DNA from: Octopus vulgaris
Taxonomy: Eukaryota
Assembly (NCBI GenBank): GCA_951406725.2
Contig: OX597818.1
Location: forward strand, 139,996,001-140,060,000
Direction of reading: 5' to 3'
DNA length: 64,000 bases
Shown: positions 26,831 to 40,995 of the stretch, one piece after another
Position numbering within the stretch: position 1 is the stretch's first letter
Layout of the letters: each line of letters opens with the position of its first letter
Translations under genes and position numbers: made by a program
Notes under the pieces: generated by a model
The model's input: the letters and a program-made list of their open reading frames with translations, nothing else
The model's database searches: none
What the model was told of the DNA's origin: nothing

Positions 26831-28999
26831 TATGATGAGTTGAGAGAAGTACTGAGTGACGTCAAGCTGCACTCAACGAACAGCCTTCTTTAACAGATCA
26901 GTAGAAGAGCAAGAAGTCACTAAGAAAACAAAGCCCATTAATATAAACCTATTCCGATAAAGGTGGGATTGGAGGGATCGTGTAGACCCCAATCGAAAAA
27001 TGCCTGAGATCAGTCTGAGACTTCAAAACTTATTTCGCCCGTGAGAGACGCTTCGGCACAGTAGAGATAAGATTCTTACCTGAAGAACTAGCCAAAAATT
27101 GCCACAAAACCCTCTCAAAAATGACGGATTAGAGAAGGTTTTCAAAATAAAGGTAGCAGAAGTGGATATCTGGTGGCAGCCGCATAATGGATAAAAGATC
27201 TTTTTAGTGTCAATAAGATAACATTCGAGCACCGGGGCCGATGTAATTGGCTATCAACCGCCCTTATAATGTCAGCCCTAGTACCTATAGCAAGAAGCAT
27301 TATTCAGGCCTTGTCCATATCGCTCTTTGGTTATCTATATCGTTTTGAAGCAGCAGTACATAATGAGGTGCTTCCGAGGAATGAATTGATGATTGGTTTC
27401 TATCTTTAATTTGTTTTCGACTCTAACGTACGTCGCCTAGAAAAATAATAAGGCTCAGGATATTTACAAAACCTTTGTAAATATCTTTATTATATTGGAA
27501 ATGCTAAGACGTATCGAAGCCACCTACGTAGTCATTGTTTGTTTCATTACCTTAAGGCTGGCAGGGCGATAATTATGAGTGACTAATGATTAAAGAAATA
27601 AACGATAAAATTAATATTACAATTAACAGCCAAACTGTTCATTTGATAATAAGAAGAATGACATTTACAATATTCTTTGAAGTTATTCCAGTTAATAGCA
27701 CTTTTGAGAATTTCTCACAACAGGTTTCTGAAAGACCTGATATATCTAACAACAAATATTAAGCACACACGCAGGTATTTTGTATTGAAAACGTTCTGAT
27801 TTATATATTTTTCTTTATGGTGCCTATTTCTGTTATCGGTTTTGTACTATTATTTACACTGCCCTTCAGTTTCTGTTGTTAAGCTCCAATTCACATTGCT
27901 TTTTTTTTCTTTCCTTTTTTTATCTTTCAAATTCCTTGTTTTTTTTTTGGTATTGAATTTTCTTTGGTGTTTTGAAATAGTCTTCCGTTCACTCTAACTT
28001 TACCTCATTAAAGCTCAATCATCGTCATCATCATCATCAGCAGCAGCAGTAACAGCAGCAGCAACAACAACTGCAGGAGCATCTTGCTTGACTTTTGTGT
28101 GTAAAATTTTGCATGCTCTATTGTTTTGCTAGCGTGTGTATGTATGGAAATGTATGAATGTGAGTATGTATGGAAATATATGAGTATGTGTATGTATGGA
28201 AATGTATGATTGTGTGTTTGTAGCAGAGCAAAGGTTGATATTGTTAATATAAGCTTGTCATTTATTGTGTTTAATTTGCCGTTCATTTTAATTTAAATAA
28301 TTCTCCTGTCGATTAAATACTTCAATTATGTTATTATTTACATGGAAGACTTTTATTTTTGTAGTTGTTTAACCCTAGTCAATGCAAATTGAGTAAAACT
28401 GTGATCAAAGTCATTCGAACGGTTACTCATTATTTGTTACCTCAGAGAAAGTTTCATAACCACACACTTCACTATAACATTTTCTTTGTGAGGAAAGTGA
28501 AAGTTGGTTATTATGTGTAGCAGAATATGTCAGTGCATACAGAATATTCTGTTGGTTGTAGAAATTTGAAAAGAGTTTAAGTGTGTTCAATAAGGGACTA
28601 ATTGTATGGTTAAATTCTTATTCACCACATCAGAGATCCTACCATATTAGCATTATTAATATCGTATACCCTCAATTATGACCAGTACATATAACAAATA
28701 TTTGTATTACAAATGCTTTTGTTTTAAGTTGATTACTATGTCCTTGGCCGTTAGATATCACTTATCAATCAGAGCACGGCTAATACCTTCTAGTGGGATG
28801 GGGGTACTTTTTACATTTTATTAATTTTTATGATTGTATCGGGTTTAATTTACTAAAACCACCCGGTTGATTTTTCACAATTTTACGGTTATACACACCC
28901 AGTAGCTAACCAAAATCTTATCCTCTGTGGGCATTGTCATGTTCTACATGACTATTGCTCAAATTTTTCATATAGAATTCTCAGTATTGAGTTAGAATT

Positions 29000-29341
29000 A
29001 TTTTTCAATGATTCACTTAATATAGATACCAAATATTTCATCTGTGCCTTTGCATGTATTCTGTTTTAGCTAATATTTGTTGCTCTGTAGCATTTTTGCC
29101 AACAAACTTAATATGTAGTTAACATTGGTTCCCAATCAGGATTATCAGTTTGTATCATAATGTCATGAAATAGCGTATTTGTATTTTGTTGATGCAATTT
29201 TGTCCTCAGCTTATATTTTCCTTGTGCAACATTTTCTTTCCACAGCCCTTAGCCTGTTCTTTCTGTGTGGTTTCATCGATATATACACCAGATATCAATC
29301 TTAATGATTTTTCATTCTCTTAAGCTCTTTGTTGCACTGAT
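29000..29341 (-). pseudogene. Possible highly degenerate PLE GIY-YIG relic
   Basis: Minus-strand fragments YQCNK..YIDETTQKE..NAIS*HYDTN..QILA resemble YIGET..EH..SAI..H..RQI.EA. Confidence 0.3.
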
Positions 29342-29353
29342 ATGCAGCAAGTA

Positions 29354-29739
29354 AGTGGAGGCGCAATGGCCCAGTGGTTAGGGCAGCGGACTCGCGGTCG
29401 TAGGATCGCGGTTTCGATTCTCAGGCCGGGCGTTGTGAGTGTTTATTGAGCGAAAACACCTAAAGCTCCACGAGGCTCCGGCAGGGATGGTGGTGATCCC
29501 TGGTGTACTCTTTCACCACAACTTTCTCTCACTCTTACTTCCTGTTTCTGTTGTACCTGTATTTCAAAGGGCCGGCCTTGTCACTCTCTTGTGTCACGCT
29601 GAATATCCCCGAGAACTGCGTTAAGGGTACACGTGTCTGTGGAGTGCTCAGCCACTTACACGTTAATTTCACGAGTAGGCTGTTCCGTTGATTCGGATCA
29701 ACCGGAACCCTCGTCGTCGTAACCGACGGAGTGCTTCCC
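29354..29739 (+). mobile_element. SINE family B with a 12-bp TSD
   Basis: ATGCAGCAAGTA at 29342-29353 and 29740-29751. Confidence 0.93.
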
Positions 29740-30157
29740 ATGCAGCAAGTACATATAGAAGGCAATGAATTAGTAGCAACGTTATTGAAGGAGACAACCA
29801 ATCTTACGGTACTTATTCTGAAACTTTACATTCCGGCAACTTTGCAGCAAGATCAACTTTGCTTTTCCACCATCGATAAAATAAACTGCTAAACAATGTG
29901 ATTCCAATTAACTGTTACTAGAAACTGCTAGACTTACTCTAGCAACAAGACTACAGTTGAAAACCTTTCTGGACTGTACAAATATGGATTTTACTTCTCT
30001 TCTTATTCCTAATATCAGCTATTGCTTATGTAGATGTGACTACAGTTCTGACTATCCTTCTCAGCTTCACGGCGAATATTCTCCATTATTTTCATCATCG
30101 TATAACCAACACTCGTATCTTCGTTCTTAGTAATTTATTTATCTATTTATTTATATA

Positions 30158-30372
<215 letters not shown>

Positions 30373-30373
30373 T

Positions 30374-30543
30374 TATGTTTGACTTTTGCTTTATGTCTGT
30401 ACTAGTTGGCTCCAAGTCTCCCCCAGAGACCTCAAGAGACAACAGGTTGGAAGTTCACGTTGTTGTTATGCCTAGTGTGCCATATATTTGGGGTTTTTTG
30501 TGTTGTACTAGTGAATGTCTAATACATAAAAAAAGATGTTCGC

Positions 30544-30545
<2 letters not shown>
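30374..30545 (-). mobile_element. Solo 3' UTR of R4/Dong family 2, inserted in (TAA)n
   Basis: AGTTGGCTCCAAGTCTC.CCCAGAGACCTCAAGAGACAAC..GTTGGAAGTTCA..TGTTGTACTAGTGAATGTCTAA matches 55039-55200. (TTA)n lies on both sides. Confidence 0.88.
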
Positions 30546-30603
<58 letters not shown>

Positions 30604-30622
30604 GTTATTATTATTATTATTA

Positions 30623-30835
30623 CGGTAGCGAGCTGGCAGAATCGTTAGCATGCCGAGCGAAAGGCTTAGCGACATTTCGTCTATTTTCTAAGTTAAAATT
30701 ACACCAAGGCGCTTATTTTATCGACTCCTTTCAGAGTCGATAAAATAAGCACTTGTTGAGCACTAGAATCAATGTAATCGACTATCCACCCACCACAAAC
30801 GTCGGGCCTTGTGTCTATAGTAGAAAGGATTATTA
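30623..30835 (+). mobile_element. Diverged SINE family C
   Basis: GCGAGCTGGCAGAATCGTTAGCA..GTCGATAAAATAAG..GGGCCTTGTGTCTATAGTAGAAAGG. Confidence 0.75.
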
Positions 30836-31115
30836 TTTGGTTTTATTCCTGGTAGGATTTATATGTGTAACAAGTTATTACTTGTAACCTTAAGTATCCA
30901 CTAGTTTTCAGTAGTCTTGAAACTTGTGCTTGGAACCCTCCTGATAACCCTTGCTCTCCCTAAGAGACAAGCTTTCAGTAGGAAGGAGCTCTACAGAGTA
31001 TTCCAATCTCCGTCAGCCATCTGTCTATATCTTTGTTTACTATTCCCAACGGCCCAATTGTTATCAGCACGACCTTCATATTTCTCATACTTCAAATTCC
31101 CCCTTTTTCGAGTCA

Positions 31116-31185
<70 letters not shown>

Positions 31186-31470
31186 TATTTTTCGTTCTCT
31201 TTCTTTCGATCCCTAAATCAAACAGGCATAATGGGTCGATTAGTAAGCAATCTCGCTTTTCCTTATTTATAATTGTTATAGCAAGTCTATTATTTTCTTA
31301 CTTGCCCTTTTGAATAGGGAAGTCCCACAAAATCTTACATTTTTCGGACTTCACTACTTTTTCGACTCGATGATTGTACCACGTGTTTCCAGTTTCAAAT
31401 CCCCAAAGTTTCCAGTGTAAAACTTTTTGCATCCTGGTCGTGCCTCTATCTATTATTCTCTTCCTGTACC

Positions 31471-31542
<72 letters not shown>

Positions 31543-31585
31543 GATTATCATTATTATTATAATGATTATCATTATTATTATAATG

Positions 31586-31650
<65 letters not shown>

Positions 31651-31671
31651 CATTATTATTATTATTATTAT
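31471..31671. repeat. (TAT)n microsatellite
   Basis: Seen directly. Confidence 0.95.
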
Positions 31672-32086
31672 CACTGCTGTTGTTCTTTTTATAATTATTA
31701 CCAGAATCACACTATGAAATTGTCTGATACAACACCTGGTGCCATTTTATTATATTTACTTACTTATTCAATTTATTTCACTATATTTGAATGGGTTCTA
31801 CTGCTTCATATGATATTGGCAAAATCTTTGACATATTTACGACTGTTTAGCTGTCACCGCCAAGCTGCCATACCAACCGTTTATAATAGCAGAAGAAATA
31901 ATCACAGATCTCTCCAACTATCACTGTCAAATCTGCAAACGTTATAAAAGATCAACATGTGCTGAATGCTACACATTCCATGATGCTTATATAGGTGTTT
32001 GTCCGTTGATTATTTTCAATTAATTGGCACCTAGCATTCGTCTTGCCTAAAAAATCAATAATTAATTTCATTATATATATATATAC

Positions 32087-32137
<51 letters not shown>

Positions 32138-32203
32138 ATATATGTGTTTCTATGCAAGTATAAATACATACACACAAAGATGTACATAAACCTATATTTA
32201 TTT

Positions 32204-32409
<206 letters not shown>

Positions 32410-33026
32410 ATGTATTTATGCATAATGTGCACATATGTTTGGGCAAATGCGCTCGGGTGTGAATTTATATATGTGTTTAGGTCTCTCTCGTAGATCAATT
32501 CTAGAAATAATATTTATATTCAATCAAGTTGTAGATTTTCCACACGTATAAAAAGACAAATACCGGCTCTTACGATTTTATACGCAAATACACACACATG
32601 CAAATGTGTGCGTGCGTACCTGTTTGTGTGTGTATACACAGACAGTTGTACTCTTGTTTTACTGTCTGCCTAGGCAATTTCCTAAGAATTTATACCACAA
32701 ATAACTATACATAATTTGGGTTCAAATATAAAGTCTCTTTCACGCACACATATGCTGTATGCTCGTATGTGGGCGTACGTGTAGGCGTGAAATAAAAATT
32801 GAAATTAGTGACCAATCACCTGGTCGTTCACGCATAGCAAACGATATATAATTAATAAAACGCAGACATTTATTTAACACCTCTTCCTGGAAAATTGGCA
32901 ACTAGCCGGGTGGTTAGGCAAAGTTGCATAGTGGATAAAAATTTCATCAGTTCGTATATCATCAGCATAGGTGTATTAGCTTTATGTTTGACTCCTAACA
33001 GAGAAATAACTGTTAATATATTCAAG

Positions 33027-33263
33027 GTGGAGGCGCAATGGCCCAGTGGTTAGGGCAGCGGACTCGCGGTCATAGGATCGCGGTTTCGATTACCAGACCG
33101 AGCGTTGTGAGTGTTTATTGAGCGAAAACACCTAAAGCTCCACGAGGCTTCGGCAGGGGATGGTGGTGATCCCTGCTGTACTCTTTCACCACAACTTTCT
33201 CTCACTCTTACTTCCTGTTTCTGTTGTACCTGTATTTCAAAGGGCCGGCCTTGTCACTCTCTG
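33027..33263 (+). mobile_element. SINE family B, 3'-truncated
   Basis: Near-identical head and body up to CTTGTCACTCTCTGT. Confidence 0.9.
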
Positions 33264-33659
33264 TTCAGCATCAACTCCTTTGGTCTTCTCTCAGAGATGT
33301 TCAGAACTTCAATTCAATTCTATTAAAAAGTCCAAGCTGCTAGAAATAGCAGTCAAACCAACATAAAATCACATTTAATGTATTGAATGAATTGAACAAC
33401 ATATTAGGTAACCTAGTTCATAACATCTCTGAAAAAATGAGGACACGGCTGGAATGCATTTGATAAAGGATCTACTTGATCAGACTTAGCCTTATGTTAA
33501 ACAACACCGGTGACATATGTTATCTATTATTTATCCTTTTGTTATATGAATTGAGTTAAATAATAACAAGTAATTATCCATGAACATTCAAATGACTAAA
33601 ACAAGAGATAATATATATATATACATACATATATATATATACATACATATATATATATA

Positions 33660-34144
33660 CGTTTAAATATTTGTTGTGTAAGATTTTTTATGTGAAGTCG
33701 TGTGTTGAAACAGATATTGTTATATTTCGGAATGGTCATATTGCCAGTTTAGCCAATAAACACATGAACAAAATAAGAATAAACAAAAACAACAAAAACA
33801 AAATACAAATTACATGAACATACATAAACAGAAGATACAAATATTACAGGCATCCCCCCACATACACACACTAAATAAACAGAGACGCACATAGAGATAT
33901 AAGCATGCGCAAATGAAGACATACAATAGAAATACATAATGGCTGACGGTTAGTAAGGAGAGACACAAATAAGTAAGAAAACAAAGGACCACTAATGCGG
34001 TCACAGGAGTGTGACGAAAGAACTCTGGCCGAAATAAGATTAAGATTAATGTAAAAAATAAATAACACTGAAGCAAAATAACACCAAATATATAGTGCGT
34101 GTGTTTTTATTGGCTAAACTGGCAATATGACCATTCCGAAATAT

Positions 34145-34152
<8 letters not shown>
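33660..34152. mobile_element. Fold-back (inverted-repeat) PLE-like insert in (TA)n
   Basis: About 47-bp inverted repeats (~33714-33760 and ~34106-34152). Degenerate hammerhead CCA-CTAATGC-GGTCACA-GGAG-TGTGAC-GAAA-GAACTC-TGG at ~33989-34028. Confidence 0.65.
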
Positions 34153-34213
<61 letters not shown>

Positions 34214-35058
34214 TGTGTGCGTGTGTCATGGGTACTGCTCATGGAAAGACATATTTAAATTATTAGTCGAAGGTTGCTGTTCAAAATGTTATATAAAGAA
34301 TTAAATTGATTACTAACTTAGTTATCAATGCTGTTAAAATATACGATTAATATGGATACACTTTTATGAAAACTGGATGGAAAATGGAACAACTCTAAAG
34401 TAATCCCCCAAATGACTGTATTGATTAGTATATGGTATTTCCAAAGGAAAGTGATAACCAAATTCGTCGTGTTAGTAACTGTATTGCATTTCCATATGAT
34501 TTCATAATCGCCCCAGTGTTTTATCAAACATTTTCCGTACTCAGTAAGCGTTGCTACTGCTATGAGCAGCAATATTTTTTTCTTTACTTCATGTGCAATC
34601 CAAATAGGCATTAAATTATTGCTGGGTTTAAAAAACATGCACAGCAACAAGACAAACAATGTATGATTTCCAATATATTCAATTTCATTATTGCTTCCAT
34701 GGCCAACCACTTTCGAAATGACCATCAGTAATAATTGAGTAAAATAACAATAATTGGTCAATTTAACAAATTCAGTAATGGAATTTCTCCATTCTTCTTT
34801 TTATATAGAGCAATCTAGTCAAGTTCTTAAAAACTAATATATTTTCTGTCAATAAGTCTACACGTTGCAAAAGTCATCAAAATTGCATTTAATAATGATT
34901 TTCTTCTAAAACTTAACTTTTAATGTCATCTAGGCAGGAATATATCTTATTTAATTGGTATCTTATACTTGCTTTAGTCATTAAACTACGGCCATGCTGA
35001 CACACCGTCTTGGTGAAAGCCTGATGCTCTACCCAATGCAAACCGATAAAAGAATGCA

Positions 35059-35106
35059 TTCTCATGCCGGGAATCGAATCCAAGCCGCAAAGGCGAAAGC
35101 CAGAAT
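35059..35106 (-). pseudogene. tRNA-Glu(TTC)-like fragment (3' two-thirds)
   Basis: Minus strand ATTCTGGCTTTCGCCTTTGCGGCTTGGATTCGATTCCCGGCATGAGAA followed by TTTT resembles the metazoan tRNA-Glu 3' part. There is no intact 5' acceptor or D arm. Confidence 0.5.
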
Positions 35107-35145
35107 AACTTGATTTTTACAAATAATCACTGTCATTCTCCCTGA

Positions 35146-35365
35146 TGGTGCTAGATTGGAAGAACTTATTTAGCGTCATTAAAATGTGTTGCCATATTTT
35201 TGTGGATCCGTACATTCTGAGTTCAAATCCTGTTGGTGCCATTCTTTCCTTTTAACTCTACAGGGTCGATAAAATAAAGTGCCATTCAAGTGCTGAGGTC
35301 GATCTAATAGATTAATGGCCTCTTCTGAAATCTGTAGCTTTGTGTCTATATTAGAAATGATTATC
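35146..35365 (+). mobile_element. Old SINE family C copy
   Basis: TTCTGAGTTCAAATCC..GGGTCGATAAAATAA..GGTCGATCTAAT. Confidence 0.6.
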
Positions 35366-36225
35366 ATCATTCGTCATCTTCAACAACGACTGCACTTGTG
35401 CTGAGCTAAGTAAGAACGGACATATTGTAATGCATCTGTCTATGTGCACGAACATTTGTGTGTGTTTATGTTTGTGTGTGTGTGTATGTATGTGTGGGTG
35501 TGTGCACGCACTGACATGTGTCTCTGCTCACAAATAGAATGTAATTCTAGTAAAAGCTTTAAATAACTCCTGCTAAATAAATTTCGAACTTTAGTGAGAA
35601 GTTAAAGAATAAAAGCTAAAATATTTACGTATAATCTCTTTTCCCTCCTTTTCCACACTACATCAAAGGTTAACTTTCTAATTAGGTGTTGAGAGACTGA
35701 TTTCAATATTAAATCTGTCAGCTAATATAAAATGACATCGTCTCAAGTTTGTGTATAGAAGCAATGTCGATAGTTTTTCCTTCTGAGAGAGGAAAAATTA
35801 CAACACAGGCATCCTATTTCTTCAACGCAATCAGTCCGTATCAAGAGTTCATCGAATGTTAACGAAATGAACTAAACTGTGCTAGACAGCTAATGTTCAG
35901 AACTGAAAGAAAATAGCAATCGTACTTATATAGATTCGTCTACGATGTTTCGGCTTTGAACTGAAAAGAAAAGTTAAAGCAAAGAAATTCATCACAAAGA
36001 AGCTGGTGAAATGATTGTTTTATTTCAGTTATCTAAATAACGAAACATATTCTAATATAAAAATAAGTTCATGTATTATAATATTAATATAATGAGTAAA
36101 AATATTAATGATTTTACTTACTCGAATATGATTTCAAATATCTTCTACAATAAACTTCGATCTCATCTCCCCGAATGTTTTATTAAAATGCTTATTTTAA
36201 CTGAGAGAAAAGAATACATCCATCC

Positions 36226-36313
<88 letters not shown>

Positions 36314-36327
36314 ATCTATCTATCTTC

Positions 36328-36381
<54 letters not shown>

Positions 36382-36441
36382 GTCTACCTATCTATATCTC
36401 TATATCTCTATCTCTCTCTATATCTCTCCCTCTGTGTATGT

Positions 36442-36484
<43 letters not shown>

Positions 36485-37124
36485 CAAATATCAATATTTA
36501 GCTTAGGCACAGCGAGACTAATAACCTAATGTAGAACTGAATATACGTATGGTCCGGAACGCAATGTTAGATAAGTATAGAATGGTAACAGAAACAAAAG
36601 AATGGCACCGGAAAAAAAACAAATGTTATAGAATGAAATTCATTAACTAATGAAGTTCATTGCATAAAATTTATTTTTTCTTGTGTCATCTTTTTAAGTG
36701 TATATGTGTGTGTGTTTGACTGTTTGTGTGCGTATGTGTATGTATGTGTGTGTATGTGTGCATGTGTAGCTCTCTGTCTTCGTGCTTCTATGTATGCAAA
36801 GTGGAAACAAGCCAAATAAAAAGGAACAAGGGAAAATAATGTAGGATAATTCAAGGTCTAAGTTATTTCTTTGACACTGGATATTATCCTTCTTGTGAAT
36901 AGAACGTAGTTCGGAAAAAGTGGAGGAAAAGTGAAGGAAAACTGAAAAAAATTAAAAGAATGATTTCGCGTGAAAATATTTCCGTGGAGGTGGTCTACAT
37001 AGAGTATGGATATATGCCTTTAGAAAGAAATATCCATTTTAATATAAATAACATACCTGTATCTTAGAAAATGAACTTTGTTTAATTTTGTGCCATATTT
37101 TCTCTTACGAACCTGTTATTAATT

Positions 37125-37537
37125 AGGCGCAGGAGTGGCTGTGTGGTAAGTAGTTTGCTTACCAACCACATAGTTCCGGGTTCAGTCCCAGTGCGTAGCA
37201 CCTTGGGCAAGTGTCTTCTACTATAGCCACGGGCCGACCAAAGCTTTGTGAGTGGATTTGGTAGACGGAAACTGAAAGAAGCCCGTCGTATATATGTATA
37301 TACATATATATATATATTGTGTTTGTGTGTGTTTGTGTTTGTGTTTGTCCCCCCAACATCGATGCTGGTGTGTTTACGTCCCCATAACTTAGCCGTTCGA
37401 CAAAAGGGTAACGATAGAATAAGTACTTGGCTTACAAGGAATAAGACATGGGGTCGATTTGCTCGACCAAAGGCGGTGCTCCAGCATGGTCACAGTGAAA
37501 TGACTGAAACAAGTAAAAAGAGTAGAAAAAAAGAGTA
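37125..37537 (+). mobile_element. SINE family A
   Basis: Full-length copy. Confidence 0.9.
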
Positions 37538-38057
37538 AGAATAACGGGCCCTTTGCTAACACTTTTTCATGACAGAAATATTTTGAAGATAATGGTCGCC
37601 ATTCCCAAGTATTTCGGAAAAATACACCACTAAAGGAAGTCCAAGAAAAGACTTTAATTATGGATTCTTCTTCGATTCCTGTTAAAACGTTAGAGGCTCA
37701 CCTACTACTTTAGAACAGATTTCGGACTTGTGATTTCACAACGCATTACACAGACTCTCTCACTAGTTTACTACAGAACTTTCCCAAATACATGTAATTC
37801 CTTTTAAATTCTTTTATCTCTTAATAATTCTCTGAATTCTGGGCGTTTAAATATGTTTTTCCTTCATCTTGGTTTCACTCATACGGTGTAAAGTTAATTT
37901 TTAAGTTGTCGATAGCGTTTTGCGTTTATTCATTTTATCCAACAAAGACCCAGAATGCCGCGCAGCGGTACAAAATCGGAAGCATGCGGTTGGGAAGCAG
38001 CAAGATTCCTACCACACAGCTACAATACATACATACATACATACATACATACATACA

Positions 38058-38107
<50 letters not shown>

Positions 38108-38112
38108 AATAC

Positions 38113-38177
<65 letters not shown>

Positions 38178-38178
<1 letters not shown>

Positions 38179-38511
38179 GGAGATGTACTCGCATAGCAAG
38201 TGATTTAATCTGAGATCGTTTGCTGAAACGAAAACAATTGCAGCGTGGAAGGTGTTTGTAAGCCATTTAAGAAACACACAAAAGCCGTTCGATTCACTTC
38301 AACATTTAAGTTTAATTTGTCAAAATATTTTCGTCGCTAAAATCCGTGACCTGTTCACTGACAAAAATGCAGATGCAGCATGGATTTTTGTCAGTGAACA
38401 GGTCACGGTCTTAAAGCGACGAAAATATTTTGACAAATTAAACTTAAATGTTGAAGTGAATCGAACGGCTTTTTGTGTTTCTTAAATGGCTTACAAACAC
38501 CTTCCACGCTG
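38178..38511. mobile_element. Fold-back element with ~128-bp arms in (TA)n
   Basis: Arms at 38241-38368 and 38384-38511 are near-perfect reverse complements with a 15-nt spacer. There is a ~60-nt unique leader and (TA)n on both sides. Confidence 0.85.
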
Positions 38512-38524
38512 ATCTTAATATATA

Positions 38525-38585
<61 letters not shown>

Positions 38586-39594
38586 TCATATATATATATG
38601 TTGCCTACAGAGAGAGACAGTGATACTTAATGCAAGAAAATCGTCTATATATCTATGTGTACACAAATATAAATTTATGAAAGATATCAATCTAAACATA
38701 AGCGTATTATTACACATGTGAACATATTGTTACATATAAATACAGGGATTTGTGTGTGCGTGGGTTTGTATCAGTGGCCATGCCTATGTGTATTCGTGCT
38801 AGTATTCAAGTAAACGCGAATATGCGATTATATTTTAACTCCGATGTTTTACTGTCTTTAATATATCGAAATTTTCATTTATAACTATTCCAATTTTATC
38901 ACTTATATTTTTCATCTTGCAAAGATCTCTCGTATTTGATATTTCTACAATGAGTTATCATTTGGTTTTTGACATTATATGTCCGGAACGAAGAATTCAA
39001 GATATGATATACGATCTATATGCACATCTACTTTCCTTCCATATATCTATTATAATTCCGCTGGCTTACACTCTGTAGCTTTTTATATCTCACATTATAT
39101 TCATATCTATTTATTTATATCTGCGTCTCTATCTACATCGCTTCATTTTGTGGCATATGGGTTTTGAAATATGCTTGTGTGTCCAAGAATGTACCTAATA
39201 GTACAATAAATATGGAAGAGGAGTCAGTATGTTTAAGTACATAGTCATATACACACATACACACATTCTCTCTTATTTATATGCATATGTGTATATGTAT
39301 GTAGGTGTGAATATATATGAATGCATGTCTGCGTAAGTGGGTGCGAGTGATTGTGGCCTCTACGTGTATATATAGACAGCGCACTAATGCAATAGCTTCT
39401 GGACAGAATAATATACGAAGTAAATGAACGTACGTGATATATGTAACAGTTTCTACCGCCGTCTGAATAACGGGAAAAACATTTGCTAAATTTATGTGTG
39501 TAGGATGGAAGACACATTTTTAGGACGTCTGGGATTTACAGATTCACAGAAACATATCTATGTATTTGATATCTATCTATTTATCTATCTATCT

Positions 39595-39948
<354 letters not shown>

Positions 39949-39950
39949 CT

Positions 39951-40005
<55 letters not shown>

Positions 40006-40367
40006 TATGTGTGGCATGTGTGTGTGTATGTGTTTATGTATCTCTTTCTTGGTAGCTCTGTCTCTCCTCTCTCTCTGTATATACATATTATACTGATATA
40101 TTACATATATACATCTTACGTTATTTCAAATGTTTGTGGTTTAGTTTCGCTTTGAAAAGCGATTTCACTACAGTTTAGAGTTGAGAAAAATGCTCACTCA
40201 TTTTAAGTTATAAACGCACCATCCTCAGCTTAGTGGTAAACTATCTTGGCCTCCTAGATGCATTTCAACCCCATTGTGCCTTTTTCAGTTGGAGATACAA
40301 AAGGACGATAACTCTCAGCTGACCAGCCAGCCGTAGCTTTATAGTAGGACAGTTGATACTAGTGACT

Positions 40368-40995
40368 GTGGAGGGACGTGGCTTAGTGGTAAATGTATTG
40401 GACTCATGATCGTAAGATTGTGGTTTCGATTCCTGTATCGGCAAAACACATCACTTCGCGTTGCTCCAGACCACTTAGCTGGCAAAAAGGAGTAATCCTG
40501 CGACGGTCCGGCGTCCCATCCAGTTTAGGAATATATCTTTATATATAAAAGTCAAGTTGTGTGTCTGTCTCCTACGATTTAGATTCATAACTACTCTCAC
40601 ATTTTGCGGTGCAGTTTAACCAAAACCGGGTACCTTATAGTCGTGATTCATATCGAGCCCTTCTGGGTATTAGCGCGCGTCTACGATGAGTCTACGATTT
40701 AAAAAAAAATTTACCATCATTTTTTTCCATTTTAATGCATTTTTTCGCTATTATATAAGGGAAGTAAATCTCTAAAAATGTCTACGATGAGTCAACGATT
40801 TAAAAAAAAATTACCATCATTTTTTTCCATTTTTAATGCATTTTTTTGCTATTTTTTGGCTATAACTCTCTAAAAGTGCTTATATAGTTATTTCCCTTAC
40901 AAACCCGAGCAACACCGGGCGATACTGCTAGTATGCTATACAACTAGGAAACCGGTCCTTATCAGTTGGTATGACACGAGAAGGTAACATTATCT
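40368..40995 (+). mobile_element. tRNA-derived SINE interrupted by a Helitron
   Basis: Head GTGGCTTAGTGGTAAA..GGTTTCGATTCCT and core CGTTGCTCCAG. The sequence resumes after 40931. Confidence 0.65.
40536..40931 (+). mobile_element. Non-autonomous Helitron
   Basis: 5' A|TCTTTATATATAAAA, a subterminal hairpin CCCG..CGGG (40904-40919), a 3' CTAG|T end, insertion between A and T with no TSD, and an internal ~75-bp direct repeat (~40679 and ~40780). Confidence 0.85.

Noticed and set aside
30960-31025. Hammerhead-like CTGACGGA..GAAAGC on the minus strand (similar weak hits near 18.1 and 44.6 kb)
   Set aside because: The core is incomplete and the flanking stems do not pair convincingly.
34318-34761. 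147-aa non-repetitive ORF as a host exon
   Set aside because: It has no recognisable domain and no neighbouring exons that I can support. A BLASTx or RNA-seq check would be needed.
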